This document shows, one piece after another, positions 33,251 through 44,559 of a stretch of DNA of 64,000 nt; within the stretch, counting starts at the first letter, position 1; each line of letters begins with the position of its first letter. The translations under genes and the position numbers were made by a program. The notes beneath the pieces are model-generated. The model did no database searches, was not told the DNA's origin, and saw nothing but the letters and a program-made list of their open reading frames with translations. This DNA comes from Felis catus (Eukaryota). The DNA lies in contig NC_058383.1 in assembly GCF_018350175.1 (NCBI RefSeq), positions 13,580,001 to 13,644,000 of the forward strand, read 5' to 3'.

Positions 33251-34884
33251 CAGTCACAGATGACCGGTTTCAAGGACATCCGGGTGGGGATTGGTGCTGC
33301 CGTCAGTTGGACACCAAGAGTAAGGGATACAGGAAATGTAAGGTCACGGGGGCCCACAGGACCCTCCACTGGGGGAAGTCAGGAGACAGACAGAGCAGGA
33401 ACTCTCAGAACTGTAGGTCAGCATCTGGGAGGCCAGCAGCCAGCGGAGCAGTGGAGACATTTGGAACTGTGGGCGTGAGCGGGAGCCCAGGCAGAACGTG
33501 GAGATTTTGTCTGCATGTAACGGAGGAATAAACATACATGGTGATTATAGCCATTAAGGACAAAATAACCGTACATTAATCATAGCACCTGATATTTACG
33601 TAGCCTTTTAAAAAATGATATCCAGAATGACTTCCTTTATTTTTCGTTGCGGCAGAATACCCGTGACAAACCGTACCACCTTAACCACGTTCCAGTGTAC
33701 GTTTCAGCAGCGTGAAGGGTGTCCATGTAACTGTTGTGCAGCCTGGGTAGCCTTTTATCTAAAGGTGTTAAAGCACCATACCCGTAGCTCACTTGAACGT
33801 CATACCAAACACGCCTGATAAAGGAATACTCGATCTTCATTGTGCAGGTGAGGAACTTGAAGCAGAGAATGAACTGAGGCAAAAGGTTCATACTTTGGTG
33901 ACAGCTCCCCCCCCCCCCCCCGTTTTCTCTGGTCGTTATCCGAGTTACACCACACCATCCATAGTGACACGATCTTAGTGTCCAGCTTCCAGTGGGCCCG
34001 GCTGTCACTCACTTATATCCTAAGATTTCAGAGCTTTCTTTAAGAAAACCAGAGCAGAATCAGCCCAGGGGGCTCAGCTTCCACGCCGCTGGTCTGTGGC
34101 CGAGAGGGAGCTGATTCACCTTCCCTGAACATGAAGATTCAGCAGCCCTAAGCACCAGTGGGGTTCACAGCTGTCTCCACTGGGCAGCTCCCCAGGGCCC
34201 GGCCGGCCGGGGCCTGTCATAACTGGAAGGGCCCTCGGAGACTAGAGGTCCAGCCCCCCACTTGCTGTGGACAAGGACAGAGGAACAAAGCAGGGCCGCT
34301 GGTGGAACAGGCAGCCATCTGCTTCGGGAGGGTTTACGGGTTCGGTCTACGAGCAGGAAGTGAGGTCGGGGGCTGCTTCCATTGGCTCGAAAGTAAGGAA
34401 GGGAAGAGGGATACAAGCAGAACTGTGTCCGCCACATTCAGCTCCCTCAGAAACCAGAGAGGGCATGGCATAGAGAGAGGAGAGCTGCATTTCCCATTCT
34501 TCTCCTCGTTCCTCTCCTTGAAAGTGAAATGGTCGGCCTCCAGCCAGACCCCAGACCAGACCTGCTGGGAACCTGCTCTCCCGATGTCTCCTGTAAGTGC
34601 GCTCAGAGTTGCCCTGCAAAGGCGAAGCTGTCCCCTGGGGAGCCGAGTAGGAGGCGGGCTCCCGAGTTCAGGACTCCGGGCACTAACACACTGAGCCACC
34701 TTGACTTTCCAGACCAGGAAAGTCTGTTTCAAACAGGCTGGTCACAGCTTATCTGGCAGGAACTCAGACTCCCGGGCGCCCACCTGAGGTAGCAGTTGCC
34801 CACACCTACGTTAATCCAACGTTAACGTAATCCTTTAAGAAAGCTTGTGGTGTTTGGAGGGGGTTTTTTTTGTTGTTGCTTTTT

Positions 34885-35470
34885 TTTTTCTTTGTAAATA
34901 ATTTTAGACTTACAGAAAACAGCTCAGGAGGCTCCCATATACCTGTCACTCAGCTTTCCTTGATGTTACATCTGGTAAAGCCATACTACAAGTATCTAAA
35001 CCAGGAAATTAACCTTCATATTCTACTGTTAGCTACACCTACAGACCTTATTCAAATTTTACCCATTTCCCCAGTTACGTCCTTTATTCCAGAATCCAAG
35101 GAGGTTATTTTGTGGATTGTCCATCCTTCGGTTTGAGTTTGTCTCATGTTCTCTCTTGGTTAGATTGAGGTTATACAGTTTTGGCAGGAAGACCACAGAA
35201 GTGGTGGACCCTTCTCAGGGCATACCGTCAAGGGGTATGTGAGGTCTCCCTGCTGGTGATGGCAACTTGGGTCACTCAGTTAAGGTGATAGACATCTCCA
35301 GCCTTCACGCCTAAAAGGTACTGGTTTTTCCCTTTCAAATTAATAAGGATCTTCGGAGATACTTTGAGACTACACAAAATATGTTTCACATCATATTTTT
35401 ACCCACTAATTGTAGTGTTCACCGATGGTTTTTGGTCTCAGTAGATATATTCTGGTCTTTGCCTGATGGT
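34885..35470 (-). mobile_element. Old L1MC-like 3' UTR fragment
   Basis: aataattttagacttacagaaa...cagaccttattcaaatttt...gattgaggttatacagttttggcaggaagaccacagaagtg, typical of antisense L1MC 3' ends. Confidence 0.8.
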
Positions 35471-36828
35471 AAGACATGTGCTGTTAACCTGGCCAAGGCA
35501 TTCTGTATCTGGCTGAGCTATTCACGGTAGCTAGCCACTTGTAGAAAGCGCGAGAACTGTGCAGTCTGACAGGCCAAAGCCACAGCTCCACGGGGTTGGG
35601 TCATAAGGTGTCCTGTGGATGTCAGACACAGGAGGTCACTAAGCTTGGGGTATGAGATGGCTAGAAAGGTAAGGTGTGCGACCACATTCCAGCTGTATCC
35701 AGATAGTGTTGTGTGACTGTGACCATGACCTTGGGCAGTTTACCTAATGCTTCTGAGCTGCTGCTGGGTTTTTTGTTTGTTTGTTTTTTAATCTGGGTAC
35801 AGAACATCTAGCACAATAGGACCCATAATAAATACTCAGTAAATTTTAGATTTTAGTCCCCTCCACATTGTTACCCCTCCTGGTCCCCTACCCCTGCTTC
35901 CCAACCTTCACCCCCACCCCCCAAAAAATCCTAACACACATGAGCTGATTAATCCACTACAACCAAGTCAGCTTTCTAGGAGCAGACTTCTTGGGAAATA
36001 GGACCCAAAATAGATATGTCTTGAAGAGGTAGAAGAGAATCGGAGAGAAAGGAAGTCATGGCCATGTCATCGGGCAGTGAAATCTGGGCAGGAGGGCCCT
36101 GTGGAGAGAGAGTGGCAGGAAATCACTAAGCTTTGGAGGAACAGTGACACCCAGAAGAGCAAAGACGAGCTTTATCATCTCTAAGTAGGTTTCACCCAAG
36201 TTCCCTCTCCACCTAAGCTCTGGTTTTCCTTCTGAGGAGGCTTTTCTATTAATTTCTGTTGAATTTACTCCTATTGTGTGGTGTGAGATTTTTTAAAAAT
36301 CCTTTTCCCAACCTCCTGGGCCCTTCTCTCCCCACCCCCAACCCCCAACCCCAGCTCTCTGTCTGGAACTCCCAACCCTGGAAGATGTTGTTTACACTGT
36401 TGCTAAGGCAGAGCTCCATGTGCGATATGTACCAAAGAGGTGCGGCTTCCACGGGTCCCACCAAGTGTTCGCAGAGTGTCCTGGGTGCTTCAAGATGGAA
36501 GGGCACTGAGGACCCTGCCTGGCGGGGTGGCCGCCGTCAGTGAATGCTGCATCTATTCACTGCATGGAGCGAGGATGGGGATTTTAACGGTAGGGGTGCT
36601 CTCTAAAGATGGCAGCAACAAGGTGGGGGAGACTGGTGTTGGAGAGACTTTCCAGCACTCGTGGGGATCCCCAGAAAACACACTTTCTAGGAAATATCTG
36701 TTATGGTCAGAAATGGAGCAGTACCTCTATAGGTCTTATTTAAGTTTTATTTTCTGAGTATGACAGACACCCAGAACTTAGGAGGTGGTCGGCTGCAGTA
36801 ACAGAATGCCCGACGGTGGCTTGGGCAC

Positions 36829-37195
36829 TGTGTTACTTCCCTGTGGCTGCTGTAGCTTTAAGACAACAGAAATTTATTCTCTCACGGCTCTGGTGGCTAG
36901 AAGTTCAGCATCATTTGCCCTGGGCCACACTTAACTCCCTCCAATCCATTCCTTGCCTCTTCCAGCTTCTCATGGCTGCTGGCATTTCTCTGCTGGTGGC
37001 CACATCACTCTAGACTCTGCCTCTGTCTTCACGTAGCTTTCTCCTTTTATGTGTTCTGATCTCCCTCTGCCTCTCTCTTGCGAGGATAGTTGTGATAGCA
37101 TCTAGAGCCCACCCAGATTCTCTCTTCATTGCACGATCTTTAATTGCAGGGCGACCTCAGCAAAGACCCTTGTTCCTTACAAGGTAATACTCAAG
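36829..37195 (-). mobile_element. MLT1 (MaLR) LTR remnant
   Basis: ggctgctgta...acaacagaaatttattctctcac...ccttgcctcttccagcttct...catcactctagactctgcctctgtcttcac...gcaaagaccct...aaggtaatactca. Confidence 0.85.
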
Positions 37196-40100
37196 GTCCT
37201 TGCAAAACACATAGAAGGCAGACAAGAAGGAGGTAGATGGTCAAGTCCATCCCTAGGGGCATGATAAAGCAAAGAAGGCCTAGATTTCCATGATCAGTTG
37301 TGATTGTCCCCGGGATCTGGCTTTGTGCCATCATAGAGTTCTGTTAGCAGTAAAGACATGGTGGGAGTGGCTTCTGGGGAGACAAAGAACAGTGACCGCC
37401 ACAAGGGATGTGGGTCTCCAGACCTTCTGATGTGGACAGATTGTAGCAATGTCTGGATGGGTGTCCTCTCTTGCTTTGTGAAGGTGACACTGTTCTCGGA
37501 CTCTCAGCCCATCTCTGGGATCCAGTGATGAGGAAAGTAGGCTTAAGGCTTGGTCTTGGACTCCAAAGGCCTGGAATCCAGAACCAACTGCTGATGTGAC
37601 TTAACTCACCACGGAACCTTCCAGAATCTCAGTAAGAATTCTTACCTCTCAGGGCCCTGGTGACGAGATGCAGTCCATCAGAGCTACTGAGATGGTGGTT
37701 ATTACTGTAAGTGGAGCCCCCCACTGCCTCACAACTTAGACCAGCTTTTTGGGAGTTTTGTCCTCTTGCTGGTCCCTCCCTCCTCCATCCGCCATCCCCA
37801 CCACACAGACTCTCATACACTTTCTACTCCTCTGTGGTTGTCGTTTGTTTACCTTTGTTTGTGACTTCTGACTAGCGAGGCACCTTCGGTGCTGATGTTG
37901 CGACTGCTCTCGTTAACGTCCCCGGGGCTCATTTCAGTAGTGACTGGAGAGAACTGGGTGGGTCCTGGGCGATAGTAAGAGTCCTGTCATATTCTGAACT
38001 CTAGGGAGTAGTGGGGAAGCTCCTAAACTGGCAGCTTTATTTCCACTCATACCTGTGGTTAGGCCGGAGCCACCCCATCCCTGGTGGCCTTGATCTGGGT
38101 CGTGGCAGGTGGTGATGGTAAGGACTGAAGCAGGGTGCGAGGAGATGCTCACAGCAGCTGTGCCTGGGCCTGGCTCATTCATCTGATGAGATTGCTGGCA
38201 AGCCGCGGACGGCCACCTGCAGAGCGGAGGGAGAGATGTAACACCCGGTCAGGTGTCTAGATAGGAGCGTGGGACTTCCTGGCAGCCGAGTGTGGAGGGA
38301 GGATCCCACCTGACTGCACCCCACAGCCACCCACGGTGCTGTGCGTAGAGAGACACTTGGCGCAAGCCTGGCGACTCCGGTGGAGAAGTTTCCAAGTGAG
38401 AAGTCTCCAGGTGAAGTGCAGGAATCTGTATTTCCAGAAGCGCCCCTAAAGCTTTTGATGCACAGTCCGCGTAGCAGAGACACAGTTTATAAGAAAGCAC
38501 CGTGAGCTCAGGGTCAGGAAAACCTAGTTCGGGTGACACCTTAACCACCTTCTAGCTGTGTGAGCTTTGTCAGTCACCTTATCCCCTCTTAACTTCAGCC
38601 CTTCGATCGAAAGCTGGCGCAGTACTAACCCCTGCCTTGCAGCATTGCTGAGGGTGGATGGAGTGAGACACACACACAAGTGTTTGCATGCACGCACACC
38701 ACCGGTGCTGTAACCAAAAGTGAGTTTCCTTCCCCTCTCGGCACAGAAAGCCAGCGGTCAGACGGGCTCATGTGCTTCAGCTCCAGGGCCCCCGGCCACC
38801 CACCACCAAGTCCATCCCCAGAGCCCCCGGCCAAATTGTTGTTTTAACTAACAGTCATTCCCAAAAGCTTTTACTCTTATTCTGGTTAAAGAGAACTCTT
38901 CGTTGAAGAGAGTTTCCCTCTCGTCCTTGACAAATCATTGGAAATTCTTTTGGTGCTCACTGCGATAACATCTATCCAAATGAACATGTTGGATGTTAGC
39001 ATGAGTGTCCCGTGCGATTTGGGAGAAATTCTTTTGTCGTTTAGCATTAATTAATGCCCATCGACTGTAAAGTGTTCAGAGATAGCAGCATCAGCCACAT
39101 TTGCAAAGCAGAGAGAAGTGAGAAGGACAGGGACAGCAGGCAGGGCTGAGTTGTGACCGGAGGTGATGGCCGGACAACCCCTGTGTCTCCGCCCACAGGT
39201 GCTCAGAACACACAGCCTGACACTCGCGCTGAGCAGCCCGCCCCGCCGGGCTCCCAGCGCCCCTTTCCCAGCCTCTTCTGCCCCCTCAGTAACCTCTCTC
39301 TGCAGCCGCAGCTGCCCTGGATGTCGATTTTTAACCTGGTTTCACCTGGCTGCACGGGGCAGCTGGTGGGCCCTGGAGCGTGAAGTGGGATTTGCTTAGG
39401 GCCCTGCAGCCGGGCTCCCCCTGCGGTGTCTCCCCGCGGCCTGCCTTTGGGACACAGGCTGCCAGAGGGGCCTTGAAGGTAGAGTCCGAGAAGTCCTCTG
39501 TGCACCCCATCCGACCCCACCCCACCCCCGGCAGGTGGTAAGTCAGGTCTGTTTATTAACATCCCCTGTTCTGTTAAATGCCTCTTCCAGAAAGGACTGT
39601 ACCTGTGCACTGACAGCAGGGGTGAGGGGTGAGCGGTGCAGCTTCGGGGGACGAGGCGACAGCCACAGTCTCCCTCTGTTCCAGGCAGCACAGCTGGGGG
39701 CCGCATCTCAGCCCACCAGCCGTGTGACCTGGGCCTCGGTGTGCTCATCTAGAAAAGGGGGTCATTTGACCCACCTAATGGCATCCTTTTATTAAGTGCC
39801 AGGAAGTGCTAGGTGCCGCGTGTGGTGCTGAGTAGCTTAGCATCTTCGTGAGAGTGTCAGAAAATCACCGATGACTCTCACCTCTCTGTGTTCACACCTC
39901 AGCCATGTGCTGTCCCCCGGCGGGGAGGCAGGAGCAGCCTTTCAGGCCAGGGGAGGGGCCGCCCCGAGCACACCAGGGAGCCCAGGCACAAAACCACGCA
40001 GACGCAGGTTTGACGTCTTCTGTCCGCATCCTAGTACAAGTAAAACGCAGCACACCTACATTTCCTTCCTCCTGGGGAGGAAAAGGCATTGGGCATCTAG

Positions 40101-40320
40101 ATTTTTCTGCTGTGTGGAGGGACCCGCCATGGCGGTAGGGTGACACGCAGACTGATGGGGACAAGTCACAGAAGAGGCAGAGACGTAATTTTAAAAGACT
40201 CAGATTATGCTGAACTCAGATTTTCCTGAATGCGGTTTAATCTTCCTCTGCTGATTAAAAGGCCCTTCAGAATCTTCGCGGCCGTTCCGTTGAACAGTGG
40301 TTTTGTCACTTACATCCTAG

Positions 40321-40680
40321 GGGCGGAGGAGCGGTGGTGAGCAGAGAGCGTTGCTAGAACGCCCTCCGGACGTGCCTTGTCCGCCTCTTGGTTTCCAAGC
40401 TCCCTCAGACCACGCTCCTCACGTCCCCGAGAGGGTTCGAGGGGCCTACAAAAGGCCGAGTGCCAAGCCTGCCCACGTCCAGATGCCCCCTTGCCCCCTT
40501 GCAGGGCTTCTGCTTTGCCAACACGAGCCCTCGAGCCCGCTGCTCACCCCGGGCTTGGCCCCTCCCAAGGCCGCCCTCCTTTCGGAACCGGGGCCGGGGG
40601 CGCAGGGGCCGCGGCACCGCCCGGTGTGGCCCACAGCATCGCTCCAGGTCGCAGTGAGATGATTTCCGCTGCCTCGTATA
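40321..40680. other. Small intronic CpG-rich patch
   Basis: About 30 CpG in 360 bp by manual count; high GC; not recognisably repeat-derived. Confidence 0.6.
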
Positions 40681-41436
40681 ATTTGACCTGCCCACGCTGC
40701 TAAACTTCTCTATTACACGTTGCTGTCAGGACGTCAGAAGAAATGATAAGCCTCCTTGAAGCAGCAGCCTCTGTTACATGCTAAGAACGCTGTGCCGGGC
40801 CTCCCCAGCCCCCACTCCTGCTGCCGCATTTTTGTGATTTTTAGCATGGTCTCTCAAGTATAAAGAAATACCCTACTTCTTGACCCCGGCCTCCTGTTAG
40901 CTGATAGATGAAATCTTTTCTTAAGCTGACTCCCTTGTCTATTATGTTTTCAAAATTCAAGGTTTCTCTTCACATTCCTGGACGGCTGCCAAGTGGCCCG
41001 GCTTTGTGAGTAGGTGAATTGGTCCTCTCTTGTGCTCCTTAAACAGGAAGTCGTTGTTTTTTAGGGTGAGACTTTGTTGATGTTTCCAGGCAGCTGGTGG
41101 CAATTTATTCCTCTGCCCCTTTTGGAAATTTCTCCTCAGGGACTGTACCTTAGGAACAAACCCTGTCACGAGCAAGCCCTTGCCTTGCTTTGTGGGTGCC
41201 GGGTTTTCCCTCCATACTGTGTCCCCGGAATCGATTGCGCAGCTTCTCGTGTCTTGTGCTTCCGTATCTGCCTCCAGAGCGGCCTGCCGAGGGAAAATAG
41301 CTCAGAGATACTCATCTCTGCAGAGGAGAGCCTTTAGAGATCTTGTAAAGATCACACAAGGAGCAGCCCAGGAAGATGTGGCCGCCTGTCCCTCTCTACG
41401 GCTCCTGCCAACATGGGCTCGTGAGAAACAGCTAAG

Positions 41437-41699
41437 GAGTGGCTGCGTGTTTCAGTCAGTTAAGGCTTAGTCGGTTAAGCGTCTGACTCCTGATCGTCAG
41501 CTCAGGTCGTGATCTCGTGATTGTGAGATCGAGCCCCGCGTCGGACTCTGCGCTGAGCAGAACCTGCTTGGGATTCTCTCTCCCTCTCTCTCTCTCTCTG
41601 CTGCCCCTCCCCTGCTGTCTCTTGCTGTCTGCCTCCCTCAGAATCAATAAATAAACTGAAAGAAAAGAGCGGAGAAAAGAAGAGAAAAGAGAAAAGAAA
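41437..41699 (+). mobile_element. Older Can-SINE with GA-rich tail and a small duplication in the head
   Basis: tcagtcagttaag/ttagtcggttaag, gagatcgagccccgcgtcgg, CT tract, aataaataaa, (GAAAA)n-like tail; flanking agaaacagc repeats. Confidence 0.88.
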
Positions 41700-44129
41700 A
41701 GAAACAGCCAAAGTGTGGGCACACATATGACAGCTCAGGGCCCTCTTCACTAGCTGGGATGCGTGGTCTTTCCTGAGGAGGGGGACCCAAGATTGGCTTC
41801 CACTGAAACCTAAATGTGAGGAAGGACAAATATCCTAGCCCTTCCCTTGTCTGTAAACTTGTATTACAAAATCCCACCTATTGCTTTGTGACAAGGCGTC
41901 AGTCGTGTGGCTTCCCTCCCCCTCCCCCACCTTTTCCTCACTAGCTTCTAAGAGATGTTTAGTCTTTCCATGGGCGTTAGTGGTGGGAGGATGATGTCTG
42001 CTGACCATTCGCGAGATGGAGGCACGATGTGTGGCTCTCGGTTAGGAAGGCTCTAGCATCCAGGAGAAAGGGAGGGCAGCTTCAGCTGCGTGTGAACCGA
42101 GTGCTTTCTCTGCGAAGTGCCCCGCTGATTCGCAGACTTGCATGTACTTCGAGTCCCAAGTCCTCAGAACAGCGGCTAAGCTTGCAGGAGTCCAGGTTGA
42201 AACCAAGCTCTGGCTCTTTCAAAAGTCCAGGTTCGCGGTGTCCAGAAAAGGTGGTCTTCCCAGTGTCCTCAGTTCCTCTTGGGCACCGCCCCACGGCGTA
42301 ACCGGAATCTAAGCTGAAAGGGCGCTGTTTGCATTGCACGGTCCAGAGCCCAGTCGCCTGGGCTTCATTTCCTGCAAAACGGAGGTGATGAACGCAGCGG
42401 TACCTTTGCAGCTCAGAGGCGATGGGCCCGGGCGCCTCTTCTGGGTCCATGGCAGATGGGCCGTGCCGTGGGTTCGGCAAGACTCCTGCGCAAGCCGAGG
42501 CAAACAGGGCCGCGCTGAGTGGCGGGAGGTCTCCTGGTCCTCACAGCACCGTGACCAGGAGTCCAGTCTGCACGACAGGGAAAAAATGTGCTGCAGGAAG
42601 GAAACCTGACCCGTAGCAAGCACCCCTCGTGGACCGGCCCTCTGCAAGCGTTAGTTTGTTAAATCCTTCCCACCGTCCTAGGAGGCGCACGTGAGGGAGT
42701 TGCCCCCTGGCTGGGAGGGTTCAGACCCAGGATGAGCGGCAGGGCTGCCCGGCTCCGAAAGCTGCCCGCTTTCCTGTGTTGCCAGAGGGTCTCTGAAATT
42801 CCCCGGAGGTCTGTGCGCAATGCCGCGGGAGATCCAACGGGGGCCTCCAGAAGGGATAGCAGCAGAGCTCTATCCAGAGAGACGCCCAGAAGGAGGACGG
42901 TCAGCATCCCTTACACACTGTGAGCCCAGGTTTAACATAGTTCATGTCTCAAAGCGTCCATGCCACGGTGCTTCAGTGAAAGCAAGCTTGTGAAAATGCC
43001 AGCATGGTGCCTAGTTGGTCCCTGGTCAGTCCTGCAAGGGTGCAGTCTCATAGAATGATCCGGTATGCCCAGGAAAAACTGGGAGGTTGGTACAGCAGGC
43101 GGGCGGTGAACCCTGCGTTCGGGAAGGGAAGTACAGGAGTGGTGGCATATTAAGCCTAGGAAGGCAGTGTCGGTGTCCGGTCATAACAGACCTTGAAAAC
43201 CCACCAGATTTGTGCAGAGTTTTGGTTTGATTTGTTCTTGTGGAGAAACACGATGAGATTTGCTTTGGAGGATGATGGTAGCAATAAGGAGGGTGGGAAG
43301 AGTCACCCTAAACAATTCGTGTTGCTTAAAGACATAAAGAGGCAAGGTGGTTGTCACAACTCCTCAGTCCCCAGAACGACACCTGTAATAACGACAAGAA
43401 CACCTGGTGTTACTGTAGACATCTGGCTTCCAGAATATGATTGTACTTACCCTCCCTTTTAATCTTTAAACCGTCCCTTTGAGATCAGGAGGACACGGGG
43501 ATTTTTCTCAATTACGCACCACTGTGAGCTTGGCTAAGTTATCCAAGGTTGATTACGGGCTCGGCAGTGGAATCCAATCCTCAGCTCTGCCTCCTCACCC
43601 CAGGCTTCCCACCACTTCCCCTCACCAGCACATTCTGTCTGAGGCTGGCCTTCCTACTCTCCAGGGCACTGTGGTGGTGATGATAATGTTGATAATAACG
43701 ATCATGGTAACACCTAACACTTACAGAGCATTTCCTTACTATGTGCCAGGAACTTGCTGCTGGTTTTGCATTATTTTGTGTAATTATTATCTCTTCTTTA
43801 CAACTAAGAAAATCAAAATGTAATGTGATAACTTTCCCAAGGATGCATAACGATGTCGTCAGATGGCATCACACCCTTCCTGGGTCTCAGGTGAGGCACT
43901 TCCCGGTGAGGTATTGTCTGTAATTTCGCGTGGTCCTCTCTGGAGCCCTGGGGACAGGTGGAGGGGGGCGTGGGTGTCAGGACCTCAGGGGCCTGACCTT
44001 GCTTCAATCAGAGTACTTTGATTTGTATTTATTTCAGATAGGCCTTACTCAAAAGAATTTATTTAGAGAAAGTATTCTACAAATAGACTTAAAAACTAGG
44101 TATTTTTTTAGAGCAGTTAAAAAGAAGAT

Positions 44130-44290
44130 AGATTGGTAGATAAATAGCAGCCTGGCTAGATGGGATAAATACGTAAGAAAGCAAGTAGTGTGATGTAATG
44201 ATGGGATATTGGTGTTGGGTATTTGTGTGTTCGATGTAAAATTCCTTCCACTCTTCTGCTTTTGAAAATTTTCGTAATAAAATACTGGGG
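44130..44290 (+). mobile_element. Old L1ME-like 3' end
   Basis: gggtatttgtgtgttcgatgtaaaattccttccactcttctg...tttgaaaattttcgtaataaaa. Confidence 0.6.
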
Positions 44291-44342
44291 GAGGAACTGA
44301 GTAGAAAATTTATAAAGGTTCTTCTAGATTTTTAAAAAATGA

Positions 44343-44559
44343 GGGGCATCTGGGTGGCTCAGTCAGTTGAGCATCCGATTTCGGCTCAGGTCATGATCTC
44401 ATGGTTCGTGAGTGCGAGCCCCGCGTGGGAACAGCTCGGAACCTGGAGCCTGCTTCAGATTCTGTGTCTCCCTCTCTCTTTGCTCCTCCCCCATGTGCTT
44501 GCTCTCTCTCTCTCTCTCTCTCAAAAATAAACACATTAAAAAACAAAAAATAAAATAAA
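44343..44559 (+). mobile_element. Can-SINE
   Basis: ggggcatctgggtggctcagtcagttgagcatccga..., CT tract, A tail; flanking tttaaaaa(a)tg repeats. Confidence 0.92.

Noticed and set aside
33841..33860. cAG|GTGAGG recursive-splice-like motif
   Set aside because: Derived from the MIR core (cagatgaggaaact-like); weak pyrimidine tract.
39203..39748. 181-aa minus ORF and other 150-180 aa ORFs (19741-20247, 34158-34694, 47379-47903)
   Set aside because: They lie in GC-rich, stop-poor sequence with overlapping ORFs in several frames and show no protein family resemblance.
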